Below, piece after piece: positions 46,269-57,800 of a stretch of DNA of 64,000 nucleotides (positions within the stretch are counted from its first letter, which is position 1; the number at the start of each line of letters is the position of its first letter). The DNA comes from an uncultured bacterium. GTDB lineage: Bacteria > Bacillota_I > Bacilli_A > RFN20 > CAG-826. Under the pieces are notes generated by a model, which made no database searches, was not told where the DNA came from, and worked only from the letters and a program-made list of their open reading frames with translations. The stretch spans positions 149,629-213,628 of the forward strand of contig CASDYZ010000007.1 of NCBI GenBank assembly GCA_949285325.1. The letters are read 5' to 3'. The translations under genes and the position numbers were made by a program.

Positions 46269-46976
46269 ATGAAACAAATAATCGTCTCACATTTATCTAA
46301 AATATATAATCAAAATCAACTCAATGAAGTAAGGGCAATTGACGATATTTCTTTTGAAGTTGATAAAGGTGAATTTATCGTTATTTTAGGTGCTTCAGGT
46401 GCGGGCAAAACAACTTTATTAAATCTATTAGGTGGGATGGATACCCCCACTAGTGGAGTGTATAAAATTGAAAATATAGAAGTTAATAAATTAAAAGATA
46501 GTGAACTGACAAAATTTAGAAAAAATGATATTGGTTTCGTCTTTCAATTTTATAATTTAATGCCTAATTTAACCGCGTTAGAAAATATATCTATCGCCGA
46601 AGCGATAAGCGAGAAGAAAGAAAATAAGTCACTAGAAGTATTAGAAGCAGTAGAATTAAAAAATAGAATGAATAATTTCCCATCGGAATTAAGTGGGGGA
46701 GAACAGCAAAGAATCGCAATCGCAAGAGCAATTGTTAAAAATCCTAAGCTTTTGCTATGTGATGAGCCTACCGGCGCGCTTGACTCTAAGACAGGCGCGA
46801 GCATTATCAAATTGCTAAAAAAGATAAATAAAGAAAATAACACCACTGTCATAATTGTTACCCATAACGCAAAAATAGCCTCAATTGCCTCTAGGGTGAT
46901 ACATATTCAAGATGGTAAGATTTTTAAAGATGAAATAAATAAAGATATTAAAGACCCGGGTGAAATAGAGTGGTAA
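46269..46976 (+). CDS. ABC transporter ATP-binding protein (MacB/LolD/FtsE-like)
   Basis: 235 aa. GASGAGKTTL, LSGGEQQRIAIARA, LLLCDEPTGALD, VTHN. Confidence 0.92.
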   Translation: MKQIIVSHLSKIYNQNQLNEVRAIDDISFEVDKGEFIVILGASGAGKTTLLNLLGGMDTPTSGVYKIENIEVNKLKDSELTKFRKNDIGFVFQFYNLMPNLTALENISIAEAISEKKENKSLEVLEAVELKNRMNNFPSELSGGEQQRIAIARAIVKNPKLLLCDEPTGALDSKTGASIIKLLKKINKENNTTVIIVTHNAKIASIASRVIHIQDGKIFKDEINKDIKDPGEIEW

Positions 46977-49378
46977 GATTATCGACTTTATTGTTTAAAA
47001 AAACGATGCGAAGCATGAAACAAAACTGGGGGCAATTTTTAGCTATTGTTTCAATCGCTTTAATCGCGGTTACATTGTTTTTAGGGTTAAGCGCGAACGC
47101 TTTATCTTTTGATGAGCGTGTCGATAGATTTTATGAGCAAGGTAATGTCAGCGATATTTTTATTACCACAAATGGCAATAATGATGAGATATTAAATACA
47201 TTGACATCTAATTTAAAAGACGATGTTTATATTGAAGAGAGAGGATATATACCTTCTTTATTTAATAACCGCGACGCCTTTATGGGCGTATCTCCTTCAT
47301 ATCCGACTATTTGTAAACCTATTATTGTCGAAGGTGGAGTGGATGAAAACAATGATTTTTTAATATTTGATAATACCCTTACAAGCGTTGAGGTATTTAA
47401 TAACACTGTCGCGGTTGGAGAGGCTGTTTCAATTGGCATACCTACTTCTATTATCCCCTCGCCTTACGATAGCTTTTTCCCTTCTAACGATAGTGGTGTC
47501 TTTACATTAAATTTCAAGACGACTGGCTCGATGATGTTTAATGAAAATATTGAAAATGGTGCGTACACTCCCCCTACGTTTCTTATAAGTGAAACATATT
47601 TAAAAAATAAAATTATCGATAAATTAGTTTTGTTATTTCCTACTATAGAAAATCAAATTGTAGACATCGTCAACAATTTTTCATTTACTAATCAATATTT
47701 AATTAAATTAAAAGATAGTAGACAGCTTAATCAAATTAAAAATAATTTAGTCGATATTTTTAAAAATAACAGCGACATTCTTTCCATCAACACAATCGAT
47801 GAAATGCCTTTCAATATGATTATCCAATCAGATATACAACAAGCGACACAGCTTACATATGTCTTCCCATTTTTCTTTTTCTTTGTCGCCATATTAGTTA
47901 TATTGACTACAATATCACAGCTCATAATAAAAGAAAGAACTGACATAGGAACATTAAAAGCGCTTGGTGTGCCATCTAAAACTATATTTCTTTCATATTT
48001 AATCTTAATGCTCTCACTCGTCGGCGTCGGTTTTATTCTAGGTGCGATAATTGGCCCGTTATTAATCCCTTATGTCATGAACATAAAATATGAAATATTA
48101 TATATTCTCCCTCGCATTAGATATGTCTTCCCAATTCTATATTTTTTCATCACTTTCTTTATCTTATCTATCTTAACGACATTGGTAGTGTTTCTCGCCT
48201 GCAAAGAGGAATTAAAATTATCACCAGCAGCGAGCATGCGACCTAAAAAATATAAAGCGATAAAATCAAAAAATAAAAATGTTTCAAAACCACCTAAATT
48301 TTTATCTCTTAAAATGGCGTTTAGAAATATAAGATTAAATATTGTTAAATCTTTAATGGTGGTCATTGGTGTGACTGGTTGCACCGCTTTATTGGTATGT
48401 GGGTTTGGGATTGATGACACAATTACATATAGTATAAATCATACGATGGATCATTTTTTCTCTACCGATATAAGACTAACTTATACGCAAGACACTCAAT
48501 CGATTAAATATACCCTTTTAAATATTGATGGAGTAAAAGAAGTAGAGGAGATGAGAAATGCCTCGATAACTATCATAGGAGAAAATAATATCGACACAAA
48601 ATTATATGTCGTTGACGGAGAGCATCCTTTCAATAAAGTAGATTTTGATTACGACAAAATCGCTATTTCACAAAAAGTTGCTCAAGATGCACATATAGGA
48701 GTAGGAGATGAAATTACTTTTTCACTTTTAGGTATTAATTATCAAGGAGAAGTAGGAACGGTATATGACACTTTTTTACAGCACGGCATATACGTAAACG
48801 CAAGTTATGAACCTTATGCGTCTTTATATGAGGTTGTCAACAGTGCGTTAATTAATGTCGAGGATGGATACGATATCGATGAAGTCGCAAATAATATTAA
48901 AAATAATGTGAGTCAAGTCGGTCTAGCACAAACTAAAGAATACACCATTAATTATGTAGGTGACGTCGCTGGCTCAATTAAATATATGACCCTTACTGTC
49001 AAAGTGTTTGCCATACTTCTTGCTGTTGTCGTATTATATAATCTCGCGTATTTAAATTTTAAAGAGAGGATACGTCAAATGGCTACTCTTAAAGTACTTG
49101 GATTTTCTAATTTTAACATCGCTAAATCTTTAATTTATGAAACGATGCTACTGGTGTTTGTTGGGACAATATTTGGATTACTATTAGGCTTTCCAACTGA
49201 ATTTTTAGTGCTTTACATCAATAGAAATTCAATTGTTGAATTTTTATATACAGTTACTCCTTTAACATATTTTATTAGCTTTTTAATTTCGTTCGTCACT
49301 GGTCTATTAATTAATATTTTATTATCTTTATATATTAAGAATGTTAAAATGGTTGAGTCGCTTAAGAGCATTGAATAA
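46970..49378 (+). CDS. FtsX-family ABC transporter permease (duplicated FtsX domain, 10 TM)
   Basis: 802 aa. GTG 46970 overlaps the upstream stop (ATG 47006 is the alternative). Two TM1-extracellular domain-TM2-4 units, each ending in an FtsX-type helix bundle. Confidence 0.85.
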   Translation: MVRLSTLLFKKTMRSMKQNWGQFLAIVSIALIAVTLFLGLSANALSFDERVDRFYEQGNVSDIFITTNGNNDEILNTLTSNLKDDVYIEERGYIPSLFNNRDAFMGVSPSYPTICKPIIVEGGVDENNDFLIFDNTLTSVEVFNNTVAVGEAVSIGIPTSIIPSPYDSFFPSNDSGVFTLNFKTTGSMMFNENIENGAYTPPTFLISETYLKNKIIDKLVLLFPTIENQIVDIVNNFSFTNQYLIKLKDSRQLNQIKNNLVDIFKNNSDILSINTIDEMPFNMIIQSDIQQATQLTYVFPFFFFFVAILVILTTISQLIIKERTDIGTLKALGVPSKTIFLSYLILMLSLVGVGFILGAIIGPLLIPYVMNIKYEILYILPRIRYVFPILYFFITFFILSILTTLVVFLACKEELKLSPAASMRPKKYKAIKSKNKNVSKPPKFLSLKMAFRNIRLNIVKSLMVVIGVTGCTALLVCGFGIDDTITYSINHTMDHFFSTDIRLTYTQDTQSIKYTLLNIDGVKEVEEMRNASITIIGENNIDTKLYVVDGEHPFNKVDFDYDKIAISQKVAQDAHIGVGDEITFSLLGINYQGEVGTVYDTFLQHGIYVNASYEPYASLYEVVNSALINVEDGYDIDEVANNIKNNVSQVGLAQTKEYTINYVGDVAGSIKYMTLTVKVFAILLAVVVLYNLAYLNFKERIRQMATLKVLGFSNFNIAKSLIYETMLLVFVGTIFGLLLGFPTEFLVLYINRNSIVEFLYTVTPLTYFISFLISFVTGLLINILLSLYIKNVKMVESLKSIE

Positions 49379-49381
49379 TTT

Positions 49382-50302
49382 ATGAATAAAAATAAAATAA
49401 GAACTAAAAAATCAAATTATAAAAATAATAAAGATAAAGATTTTATCGTAAAAAATAATGACGAATTGCTGTCTTTTTTATTTAAATGTTTTCCTTCTCA
49501 ATCGAGAAATTCTATTAAATCGCTTCTATCTTCTCATCAAGTTTTAGTCAATGGTGCGAGCATTACTCAGTTCAATTTTAAACTTTATCCAAAAGATGTT
49601 GTCACTATTTGCTACTCTAGACCTAAAATTAAAAAAGATAATTCATTACCTTTTAAAATCATTTACGAAGACGATGAATTTATCGTCATCGATAAACCAA
49701 CTAGACTCCTATCTATCGCCACCGACAAAGAAAAAGGACAGACAGTCTATAGATATTTGACCGACTATGTACAAAGAAAAGATAAACATAACCGTGTATT
49801 TATCGTCCACCGTCTCGACGAGGACACAAGTGGAGTGATGATGGTGGTAAAAGACGCAAAACTCAAAGAATTATTCACATCAAATTGGAATGAACTAGTG
49901 TCTAAACGAGGGTATTACGCACTGGTGGATGGAGTGATGAAAGAAAAAGAAGGGACATATTCTTCTTATTTAAAAAAGAACGCACAGACAATGATGTATT
50001 CATCTAAGGATAAAAAAGGACAATATGCGGTTACGCATTTTAAACAAATTAAGGCAAGTAATTTATATACTTTACTCGATGTCAATATCGATACTGGAAG
50101 AAAAAATCAAATAAGAGTTCATCTATTTGAACACGGCTATCCTGTCGTTGGTGACGATAAATATGGCGAGCCTTCTAACCCTCTTAATAGACTTGGTCTA
50201 CATGCATATGAGCTCGATATTAAACATCCAATCACTGGCAAATTGTTTAAATTTAAATCAGATATTCCCCAGTCATTTTTATCATTATTTAAAAGTAAAT
50301 AA
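49382..50302 (+). CDS. RluA-family 23S rRNA pseudouridine synthase with N-terminal S4-like domain
   Basis: 306 aa. Catalytic HRLDEDTSGVMM. GRKNQIRVHL motif. Confidence 0.9.
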   Translation: MNKNKIRTKKSNYKNNKDKDFIVKNNDELLSFLFKCFPSQSRNSIKSLLSSHQVLVNGASITQFNFKLYPKDVVTICYSRPKIKKDNSLPFKIIYEDDEFIVIDKPTRLLSIATDKEKGQTVYRYLTDYVQRKDKHNRVFIVHRLDEDTSGVMMVVKDAKLKELFTSNWNELVSKRGYYALVDGVMKEKEGTYSSYLKKNAQTMMYSSKDKKGQYAVTHFKQIKASNLYTLLDVNIDTGRKNQIRVHLFEHGYPVVGDDKYGEPSNPLNRLGLHAYELDIKHPITGKLFKFKSDIPQSFLSLFKSK

Positions 50303-50342
50303 TTCTATTAATTGATGCGATTTTTTTATATAATAAAAAGGT

Positions 50343-51890
50343 ATGAAAAACCGCATCTTAAACTCTTTATACACAAGTTCAATGTCTATCATCCCAGTGA
50401 TAGTCATTATTATAATATTATCTTTTGTTGGACTTAGCCCTTTAAAAGGTAATGATTATTTATTGTTAGGTGTTGGGACTTTTATATTGATACTTGGTTT
50501 ATCCCTTTTCCAACTGGGCGCGTCTCGTGGACTTACTAAAGTTGGTGAATATATGGGTTCGTCTCTTTCTAAACAATCAAACATTTGGATAATAATATTA
50601 TTTGCTTTTATCCTAGGGACACTTATAACATGCGCTGAACCATCAATTATGATTGTCTCCACACAAGTGTCTATACCTAAATGGATACTGATAGGCGCGA
50701 TTGCGATTGGCGTTGGTATATTTGTCGCGTTAGGTGTAGTAAGAATCTTACTTAGAAAATCTTTAAAAGTTTGGTATTTATTTTTATACGCGATTGTCTT
50801 CATGCTTTTATGTTTGATTGAAGATGGGCAGTTCTTACCATTTATTTTCGACGCGGGAGGAATTACAACTGGCTCTGCAACCGTGCCATTTATTCTTGCT
50901 TTAGGTGCGGGTGTAGCGACCGTTGGTGGTGGCAAAAACGCTTCTAAAGATTCATTTGGTCTAGTCGGTATTGCCTCTATTGGGCCTATTCTTACAATGA
51001 CTCTACTTATTTTGTTATATAAAAGTGGCTTTCAAGAATATATTTATAATTCCCCAATTATGAATGAGAGCAATATTTTTTCTAAATTTATAGCGGCGAT
51101 GCTACCATCTAGTTCTGTATCTTTCGGTTCTTTAATTGAAGTAGCGATGGCCCTCATCCCAATACTATTAGTGTTCTTCATTTATAACGGATTATATATC
51201 CATTTATCTAAAGCCAAAATTTTAAAATTATTGATTGGATTTTTATATTCTTATGTCGGTTTAGTTTTATTTTTAACCGCAGTAAACGCCGTTATGAACC
51301 CGATGGGTACATATATTGGTGAACAGTTAGCACTTCAACCAAATTTTGTCATCGTTATCATCTGTTTGATATTAGGTTTAGTGACAATTTTATGTGAGCC
51401 AGCTGTACATGTTTTAACAGGGCAAATTGAAGCCATCTCCGACGGCAGAATTAAAAAGACAACAGTTTTATTAACTTTATCAATTGGTGTAGGTTTAGCT
51501 ATCATGCTAGCGGCCATACGTGCAATTTATGGTTTTTCTATCATGTATTATATTGTACCTGGGTACGCAATTTCTCTGGCATTGATGTTTATATGTAACG
51601 ACACATACACCGCGATTGCGTTTGATAGCGGGGGGACCGCAAGCGGGCCTATGTCAGTTTCCTTTATTTTGCCTATGATTATTGGATTGACTGTCGGTTT
51701 AGGGAATGGCGATAAAATTTATGAACTTGCTTTCGGTGTCGTCGGTTTAATTGCTCTAACTCCAATCATTGGGATTCAATTTCTTGGTGTTTATGAGAAA
51801 ATTAAAGCATACCGCTCACTTGTTTTTATGCGACGACAAAAATACGCTGAAGACGATGCACAAATTATACATTTTAAGGAGGATCAGTAG
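50343..51890 (+). CDS. DUF1538-family polytopic membrane protein (two DUF1538 repeats)
   Basis: 515 aa. Internal duplication, with each half containing a ..G..L..CAEP.. segment (LITCAEPSIMIVSTQV and TILCEPAVHVLTGQI). The family assignment is from memory of DUF1538 sequences. Confidence 0.6.
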   Translation: MKNRILNSLYTSSMSIIPVIVIIIILSFVGLSPLKGNDYLLLGVGTFILILGLSLFQLGASRGLTKVGEYMGSSLSKQSNIWIIILFAFILGTLITCAEPSIMIVSTQVSIPKWILIGAIAIGVGIFVALGVVRILLRKSLKVWYLFLYAIVFMLLCLIEDGQFLPFIFDAGGITTGSATVPFILALGAGVATVGGGKNASKDSFGLVGIASIGPILTMTLLILLYKSGFQEYIYNSPIMNESNIFSKFIAAMLPSSSVSFGSLIEVAMALIPILLVFFIYNGLYIHLSKAKILKLLIGFLYSYVGLVLFLTAVNAVMNPMGTYIGEQLALQPNFVIVIICLILGLVTILCEPAVHVLTGQIEAISDGRIKKTTVLLTLSIGVGLAIMLAAIRAIYGFSIMYYIVPGYAISLALMFICNDTYTAIAFDSGGTASGPMSVSFILPMIIGLTVGLGNGDKIYELAFGVVGLIALTPIIGIQFLGVYEKIKAYRSLVFMRRQKYAEDDAQIIHFKEDQ

Positions 51891-52279
51891 TGGCGAGAAT
51901 TAGAAAAGCAAAAAAACAAACTCAAACTGCTTTTGAAGACTCAAAAGAACTTAAAAAAATATCGATGTACGTCGTTATTGTTAATCATGGACAAGGAGAA
52001 GCAGTACTAAAATTATTACAATCTTTAAAAATAAGTCTTCAATTTGTTCAGTACGGGCAAGGTACTGCATCAAAGCAAGTCTACGATATTTTAAGCATGG
52101 AAGATAATTCTAAAGATGTAATTGTCTGCCTTTCATCTACCGATAAACTCCCATATATAAGAATTGAATTAGAAGCATTTTTTGCCGCCTCAAGAGCAAA
52201 TAAAGGCATAGGTTTTGCTATCCCTCTTACAAGCATTATTGGAGTTGCGATATATAAATTTATAACAAATACGATTTAA
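51890..52279 (+). CDS. divergent PII-like small protein
   Basis: 129 aa from GTG 51890, which overlaps the upstream TAG (ATG 51965 is the alternative). MYVVIVNHGQGEAVLKLL..GIGFAIPL parallels the downstream PII-like protein but lacks its ARGGT loop. Confidence 0.4.
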   Translation: MARIRKAKKQTQTAFEDSKELKKISMYVVIVNHGQGEAVLKLLQSLKISLQFVQYGQGTASKQVYDILSMEDNSKDVIVCLSSTDKLPYIRIELEAFFAASRANKGIGFAIPLTSIIGVAIYKFITNTI

Positions 52280-52291
52280 GGAGAAAAAATA

Positions 52292-52603
52292 ATGGAGAAA
52301 GATTTTGAATTAATTTTAGTATTAGTAAATGCTGGATATACTGACCAAGTCATGGATGCGGCAAGAAAAGAAGGTGCTAGAGGTGGAACAATTTTGCACG
52401 CGCGTGGCACGGCGACAAAAGAGATGCAGTCAAAATATGGTATTATTATTACTCCTGAAAAAGAATTAGTTTTAATATTGGTATCTAAGGATATCAAAGA
52501 TAATATTTTAAAAGCGGTTTATGAATCCGCTGGTCTTCAAACCGATGGGCAAGGAATTGCTTTCTCTCTTCCTGTTACTGATGTTGTTGGAATGAAGTTT
52601 TAA
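52292..52603 (+). CDS. PII-family signal-transduction-like protein
   Basis: 103 aa. A beta-alpha-beta x2 pattern: LILVLVNAGYTDQVMDAARKEGARGGTILHARG..ELVLILV..GIAFSLPV. SD GGAG upstream. Confidence 0.65.
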   Translation: MEKDFELILVLVNAGYTDQVMDAARKEGARGGTILHARGTATKEMQSKYGIIITPEKELVLILVSKDIKDNILKAVYESAGLQTDGQGIAFSLPVTDVVGMKF

Positions 52604-52876
52604 AAAAAGTTTATAAATAAATTGATAGCATTAAAACTTAGTGATTATCATAAGTAGAAACTATTTTTTTAATCTTCTAGATTTTCTTTATTGTAATCAA
52701 CAATAAAATGGCGTAAATCATCATTTATATTGAAAATAAAATCACTAAAATTTTTATTTTAGTCATAATTATTTCTTAAAATACTTGTATTTTGCACTGA
52801 ATTTGAATAAAAATCATTAATTTTTCACTATCTATTAAATTTTTGAAGATAGTCTAGTCTCGTATTCTTCTATATT

Positions 52877-54709
52877 TTATTCGTTTTCGTTTTCTCTTCT
52901 TTTATGTGCGTCATATTTTTTTCTTTCACTCGTATTCAATATCATTTTTCTCATACGGTAAGTCTTAGGTGTTATCTCAACTAGTTCATCCAGGTTAATG
53001 TAATCTAAACATGCCTCAAGACTCATTTTTCTCGGCGTTTTTAATACGACAGTATTATCTTTTGTTGAACTTCTAACATTAGTTAGATTCTTTTTAGTGA
53101 CTACATTGACCGCTAAATCGATATCGTATCTATTTTCACCGACAATCATACCTTCATATACTTGAGTATTTGGTTCAATAAATAGAGTACCTCTCTCTTC
53201 GACATGTTCAATCGCATAAGGGGTAGCCATCCCGCCTTCTGTCGCTACTAAAACGCCTAATTTTCTTTCACCTAATTCCATTTTCTTATATGGACGATAT
53301 TCTCTAAACGTATGTGATATAATGCCATATCCTTTTGTCAATGTTAGAAAATTATTAGTGAAACCAATCAAACCTCTAGACGGGATAACATAATCTAATC
53401 TAGTCGTGGTGGAAGAAGCGTCCATATTAATTAATTCAGCTTGTCTAGAGCCAATTGACGTCATGATGTCACCAACATATTCATTAGGTGCATCAATCAT
53501 TAAATCTTCATATGGTTCTGATTTGACACCATCGATTTCTTTTATAATGACGCGGGGTTTGGATACTTGCAATTCAAATCCCTCTCTACGCATATTTTCA
53601 ATTAAGATGGATAGGTGTAATTCACCCCTACCGCTTACAATCCAAGATTCGCTGTTAGGGATTCTTTCAATTCTTAAAGCGACATCTTTTTGTGCTTCTT
53701 TAAATAATCTTTCATCAATCTTTCTAGCGGTTAAGAGTTTACCGTCTTTACCAGAAAGTGGAGAAGAATTAACCCCAAAGGTCATCTGCAAAGTAGGTTC
53801 ATCTAATTTAATTTTAGGGAGTGGTTCTAGATGATTAATATCGCATATAGTTTCTCCAACATTGATGTCAGATAACCCCGCGACAGCGACAATATCGCCC
53901 GCGCTGGCGCTCTCTATCTCAATTCTTTTAATCCCAACAAATCCATATAATTTTAATATTCTAAATTGTCTATTTGTCCCATCATTTCTAACGACACTGA
54001 CATTGTCATTAACTCTTATTGTCCCGCGATGTATCGTCCCAATTCCAATTCTTCCAACAAAATCGTTATAATCTAATAAAGCGACTTGTAATTGAAGAGG
54101 TCCTTCTACACATACGTTTGGTTCAGGTATTTCTTTTATGATTGTGTCAAATAGACAATCCATCCCCTCTTTTTGCGTTGATAAATCTGGATCTAATGAA
54201 CTAGTTCCTTTTATCGCAGAAGTATAGACAACCTTAAAATCTAACAATTCATCAGGTGCACCTAATTCAATAAATAAAGTTAAAACTTCATCTAATGTTT
54301 TTTGTATATTTATATTTGGTCTATCTATTTTATTTATGACAACGATTGGTTTTATATGTGCCTCTAATGCTTTTTTTAAAACAAATCGAGTTTGAGGCAT
54401 CGTTCCTTCAAAAGCGTCAACTAAGAGCAAAACCCCATCAACCATATTCATTATTCTTTCAACTTCACCACCAAAATCAGCGTGCCCTGGTGTGTCTAAA
54501 ATATTGATTTTGTTATCTTTATAATGAATTGAAGTAGTTTTAGCTAATATAGTTATGCCTCTTTCTCTTTCAATATCATTGCTGTCCATTACTCGTTCAT
54601 TGACATCTTCATTAGTTCGAAATGTCCCTGAACATTTCAATAATTGGTCTATCAATGTTGTTTTTCCATGATCGACGTGTGCGATAATTGCAATATTTCT
54701 AGTTTTCAT
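52877..54709 (-). CDS. typA: translational GTPase TypA/BipA
   Basis: 610 aa from ATG 54709 (SD GGAAGGGA upstream; the ORF-track start 54760 adds 17 unlikely residues). [33 protein letters not shown]. Confidence 0.95.
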   Translation of the reverse strand: MKTRNIAIIAHVDHGKTTLIDQLLKCSGTFRTNEDVNERVMDSNDIERERGITILAKTTSIHYKDNKINILDTPGHADFGGEVERIMNMVDGVLLLVDAFEGTMPQTRFVLKKALEAHIKPIVVINKIDRPNINIQKTLDEVLTLFIELGAPDELLDFKVVYTSAIKGTSSLDPDLSTQKEGMDCLFDTIIKEIPEPNVCVEGPLQLQVALLDYNDFVGRIGIGTIHRGTIRVNDNVSVVRNDGTNRQFRILKLYGFVGIKRIEIESASAGDIVAVAGLSDINVGETICDINHLEPLPKIKLDEPTLQMTFGVNSSPLSGKDGKLLTARKIDERLFKEAQKDVALRIERIPNSESWIVSGRGELHLSILIENMRREGFELQVSKPRVIIKEIDGVKSEPYEDLMIDAPNEYVGDIMTSIGSRQAELINMDASSTTTRLDYVIPSRGLIGFTNNFLTLTKGYGIISHTFREYRPYKKMELGERKLGVLVATEGGMATPYAIEHVEERGTLFIEPNTQVYEGMIVGENRYDIDLAVNVVTKKNLTNVRSSTKDNTVVLKTPRKMSLEACLDYINLDELVEITPKTYRMRKMILNTSERKKYDAHKRRENENE

Positions 54710-54877
54710 TGTTTCCCTTCCAATCTTTTCTATATTAGAAAAGAAAGAAAATATTTTCAAGAAAAAATCAATACTTTAGTCTCAAATCTATTTACTTTTT
54801 TGTCTTTATGTTTAATTGTTATTTAATTATTTTGCTTTTAATTATAAAATAAAAGCACGATTTAACAAAGGCAACTA

Positions 54878-57800
54878 ATGGACGTTATATTTCAAAAAGA
54901 TAAGAAAAAAAATGAATCAAATAAAATAAAAGAATGGTTTGGTAAAACCTTTGCTTTTTTAAAAGACAAAAATTCTTTATTTTATTATTTTCTAATATTA
55001 TTAGGCATTGGTTTGCTTTTCTTTTTGTCTTTATTAGTTTTTAATTTATTTACCACCCCCTACAGTGGCGATTACTGTGCTCAACAATTTTCTTTTTATA
55101 CGAACGGATATGATGATTGGTGGCATTTTTTAAGAACTGGTCAATTTGTTTTATATGACACAAATACATATTTAGGTGTAAATAATATTGGCTCAAATGC
55201 TTTCTATTATTTATTTGATCCATTTTTCTTACCAATTTTAATATTCCCTAGGCAGTTAGTGCCTCAAGGAATGGCAATTTTAACAATATTTAAACTTGCC
55301 TTTGGCGGTCTTGCGTTCTATGGCTATATTCGTTATTTAGGCGCATCTAAATCAAGTGCGAAAATCGCTGGCATAGCTTATTCTTTCTGCGGTTGGGTTA
55401 CTTGGTATTTATGGTTTAATCATTTTGCTGAAATAATTATTTGTTTACCTCTTATTTTATGGGGTGTTGAAAAAGTTTTAAAAGAAAAGAAACCATTTTT
55501 ATTGATGGGTTCTTTGTTCTTAATGGGGCTTGTTAATTTTTTCTTTTTAATTTGTTTTACAATGTGTGCTTTTTTATATGCGATGTTTAGATTTTTTCAG
55601 CACGTTAAAGATAGAAGTTGTAAAGAAAATTTTACTATTTTAGGAATTGGTTTTATTGGCTTTTTTGCTGGCTTATTGATGTCTTTAGTTATCGTTTTGC
55701 CCGCGGCCATGGTCGCAGTAAATTCCGATAGGGCAACTAACGCGACATATTTAGATGGACTTGTAGACGCATTTAAAAACTTTGACATATTAAAAGTATT
55801 AAAATTTTTATTTTCATGGGGTGATGTCGATAATGGTAGAGATTACCGCACCGCATATCCTATTATTGATTTTTTCTTCCCAGTTATGAGTGATAGAGGC
55901 ACACCATTAACTAAATTAGGTAATGAGACATACGATAATGTTGCTGGTTCATTATTTTGTTATTCCCCTATAATCATTTTATTTGTTCCCGCTCTTATAA
56001 GGTCGGTAAAAGAAAAACATTATTCACCTTTAATCGCTACTGGATTATTTATCTTAATGTTGACGACACCATTCTTCTATTATCTATTTCACGGTTTTAC
56101 TGTCGCATATTCAAGATGGACGTTATTCGTGACGATAAGTTTAATTGCTTATGTTGGATTATATTTAGACAAGATAAAAACCGACAATAAAAAGAATATA
56201 TTGTGGGGATATTTATTTGCGTTGGGTGGTGGAGTATTATCTATTGTCCTAGCAAGCGCGATTGTGTCTAACAATTCCGATATGGCGGAGAGATTTGGAA
56301 ATTTTACTCTTTTGATTTGTGGTATAGTCTACGTCATTTACGCAAGTATTGTCGCGGGCCTTATTTATTCTTATTTTGATAAAAGTTATTTAAATAATTT
56401 ATTGACAGGAATATTAGTATTTGAATCAACAATCATGGGTGCACTTACTACTTTTGGGCACGGCTATACTCCTTATACAACTGTTAACAATGGACTTAAT
56501 GAAAATAACGCACTTGCATCGATTGTAAAGCGTATAAATAATGATGACGACACTTATTTTAGAGCCTATTCATCTCTTGCTGATGACAACGCAAAAAATG
56601 ATGGGATGAGAAATGGATATAACGGGATGGGCTTTTTCCATTCTATTTATAATTTTAATATTTTAGATTTTTTAAGATGGTCGAGGATGACTCAAAATAT
56701 CGGCGGTTGGAGTGGTTCATATGTCGAAAAAAGACAAAATCTCGACACCTTTTTGGGCGTTAAATATTATTTTATTGAGAAAGATAAAGTTCCAGATATT
56801 GAAGGTATAGTTCCTAACGTACCTCTTGGCTATAAAGATGTAAGTGATGAATATTCTAATGATTATTTTTATGTTTTTGAAAATGAACATTGGATTAATT
56901 TTACTTTCGCGTTTGATGAAATTTTTTCCCACCAAAATGAAGAGGGAACCAGTGTTATGTCGAGTGGCAATTTTGCAACTCTTAGAAACGAAGATATGTA
57001 TTTAAAATATGGGATATTAAGCCATGAAGATACACTAGAAGTACTCGAAGAAACCGGTGGCGAAATTGAACTTGAAGAAAATTTGCCTGGTAATTCATCA
57101 TCTAATAATGATTATTCTCAGTTATCTATATCAAACTATTCATATGAAGGCAATTCTACTCAATATGTACGATATTTTTATTCGACAGAAGAAACCGCCT
57201 CAAATATGGATCCAAATGAATTGGCAAAATATTTAAGAGATAAAGAAAGTGAAGAATATCCAGGAAATGACAAGGGCGGAAAAAAAGTTATTTTTATCGC
57301 GCCTCGCGATTTAAATAATAACTTACCTTACGATGAAGATGGTGTCATATTTTATCTAAATTCAACCTTCCAAAATTCATATAAGATTAACGCTTATTTA
57401 ATCGACGAAGATTATAATGTTATAACTTACGACAACCACAGCGATAATGCGACTACTTCAACGAGTAAAAGTATTAGGGGGCTATATTCTCGCCCGGATG
57501 AAAGTGGTAAGGCAAAACAGTTAAAAGCAGTAATGATCGTGCCTCGTTATTTTGGTATAAACTCTTATTCTCTCGCCTATGAGCTTGCTACCGATTATTA
57601 CGATACAATTGAGAAAATCTTGCAAAACCCTATTGAAAATATTGAATATACAACAAATAAATTTACTTTTGATACAAATTATGATGAGTATAAATTTATC
57701 GTGACCCAGCTTCCTTATGAAGATGGGTGGCAAGTTAAAGCAAGTGATGAAGGAGGTAATAAACAAGATTTAAAAGTATATAAAGCACAGGGCGGGTTTG

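Noticed and set aside
50456-50935. 159-aa antisense ORF inside the DUF1538 gene. Similar antisense ORFs in the track: 422-724, 791-1042, 2956-3315, 4057-4341, 10972-11328, 11644-11934, 25105-25353, 34771-35073, 46550-46852, 48070-48420, 53406-53834, 60944-61231 and others.
   Set aside because: Each lies entirely within a longer ORF on the opposite strand that has clear family motifs. Their translations are low-complexity, Ile/Phe/Ser/Lys-rich shadow products with no SD or motif. These are typical spurious ORFs of AT-rich DNA.
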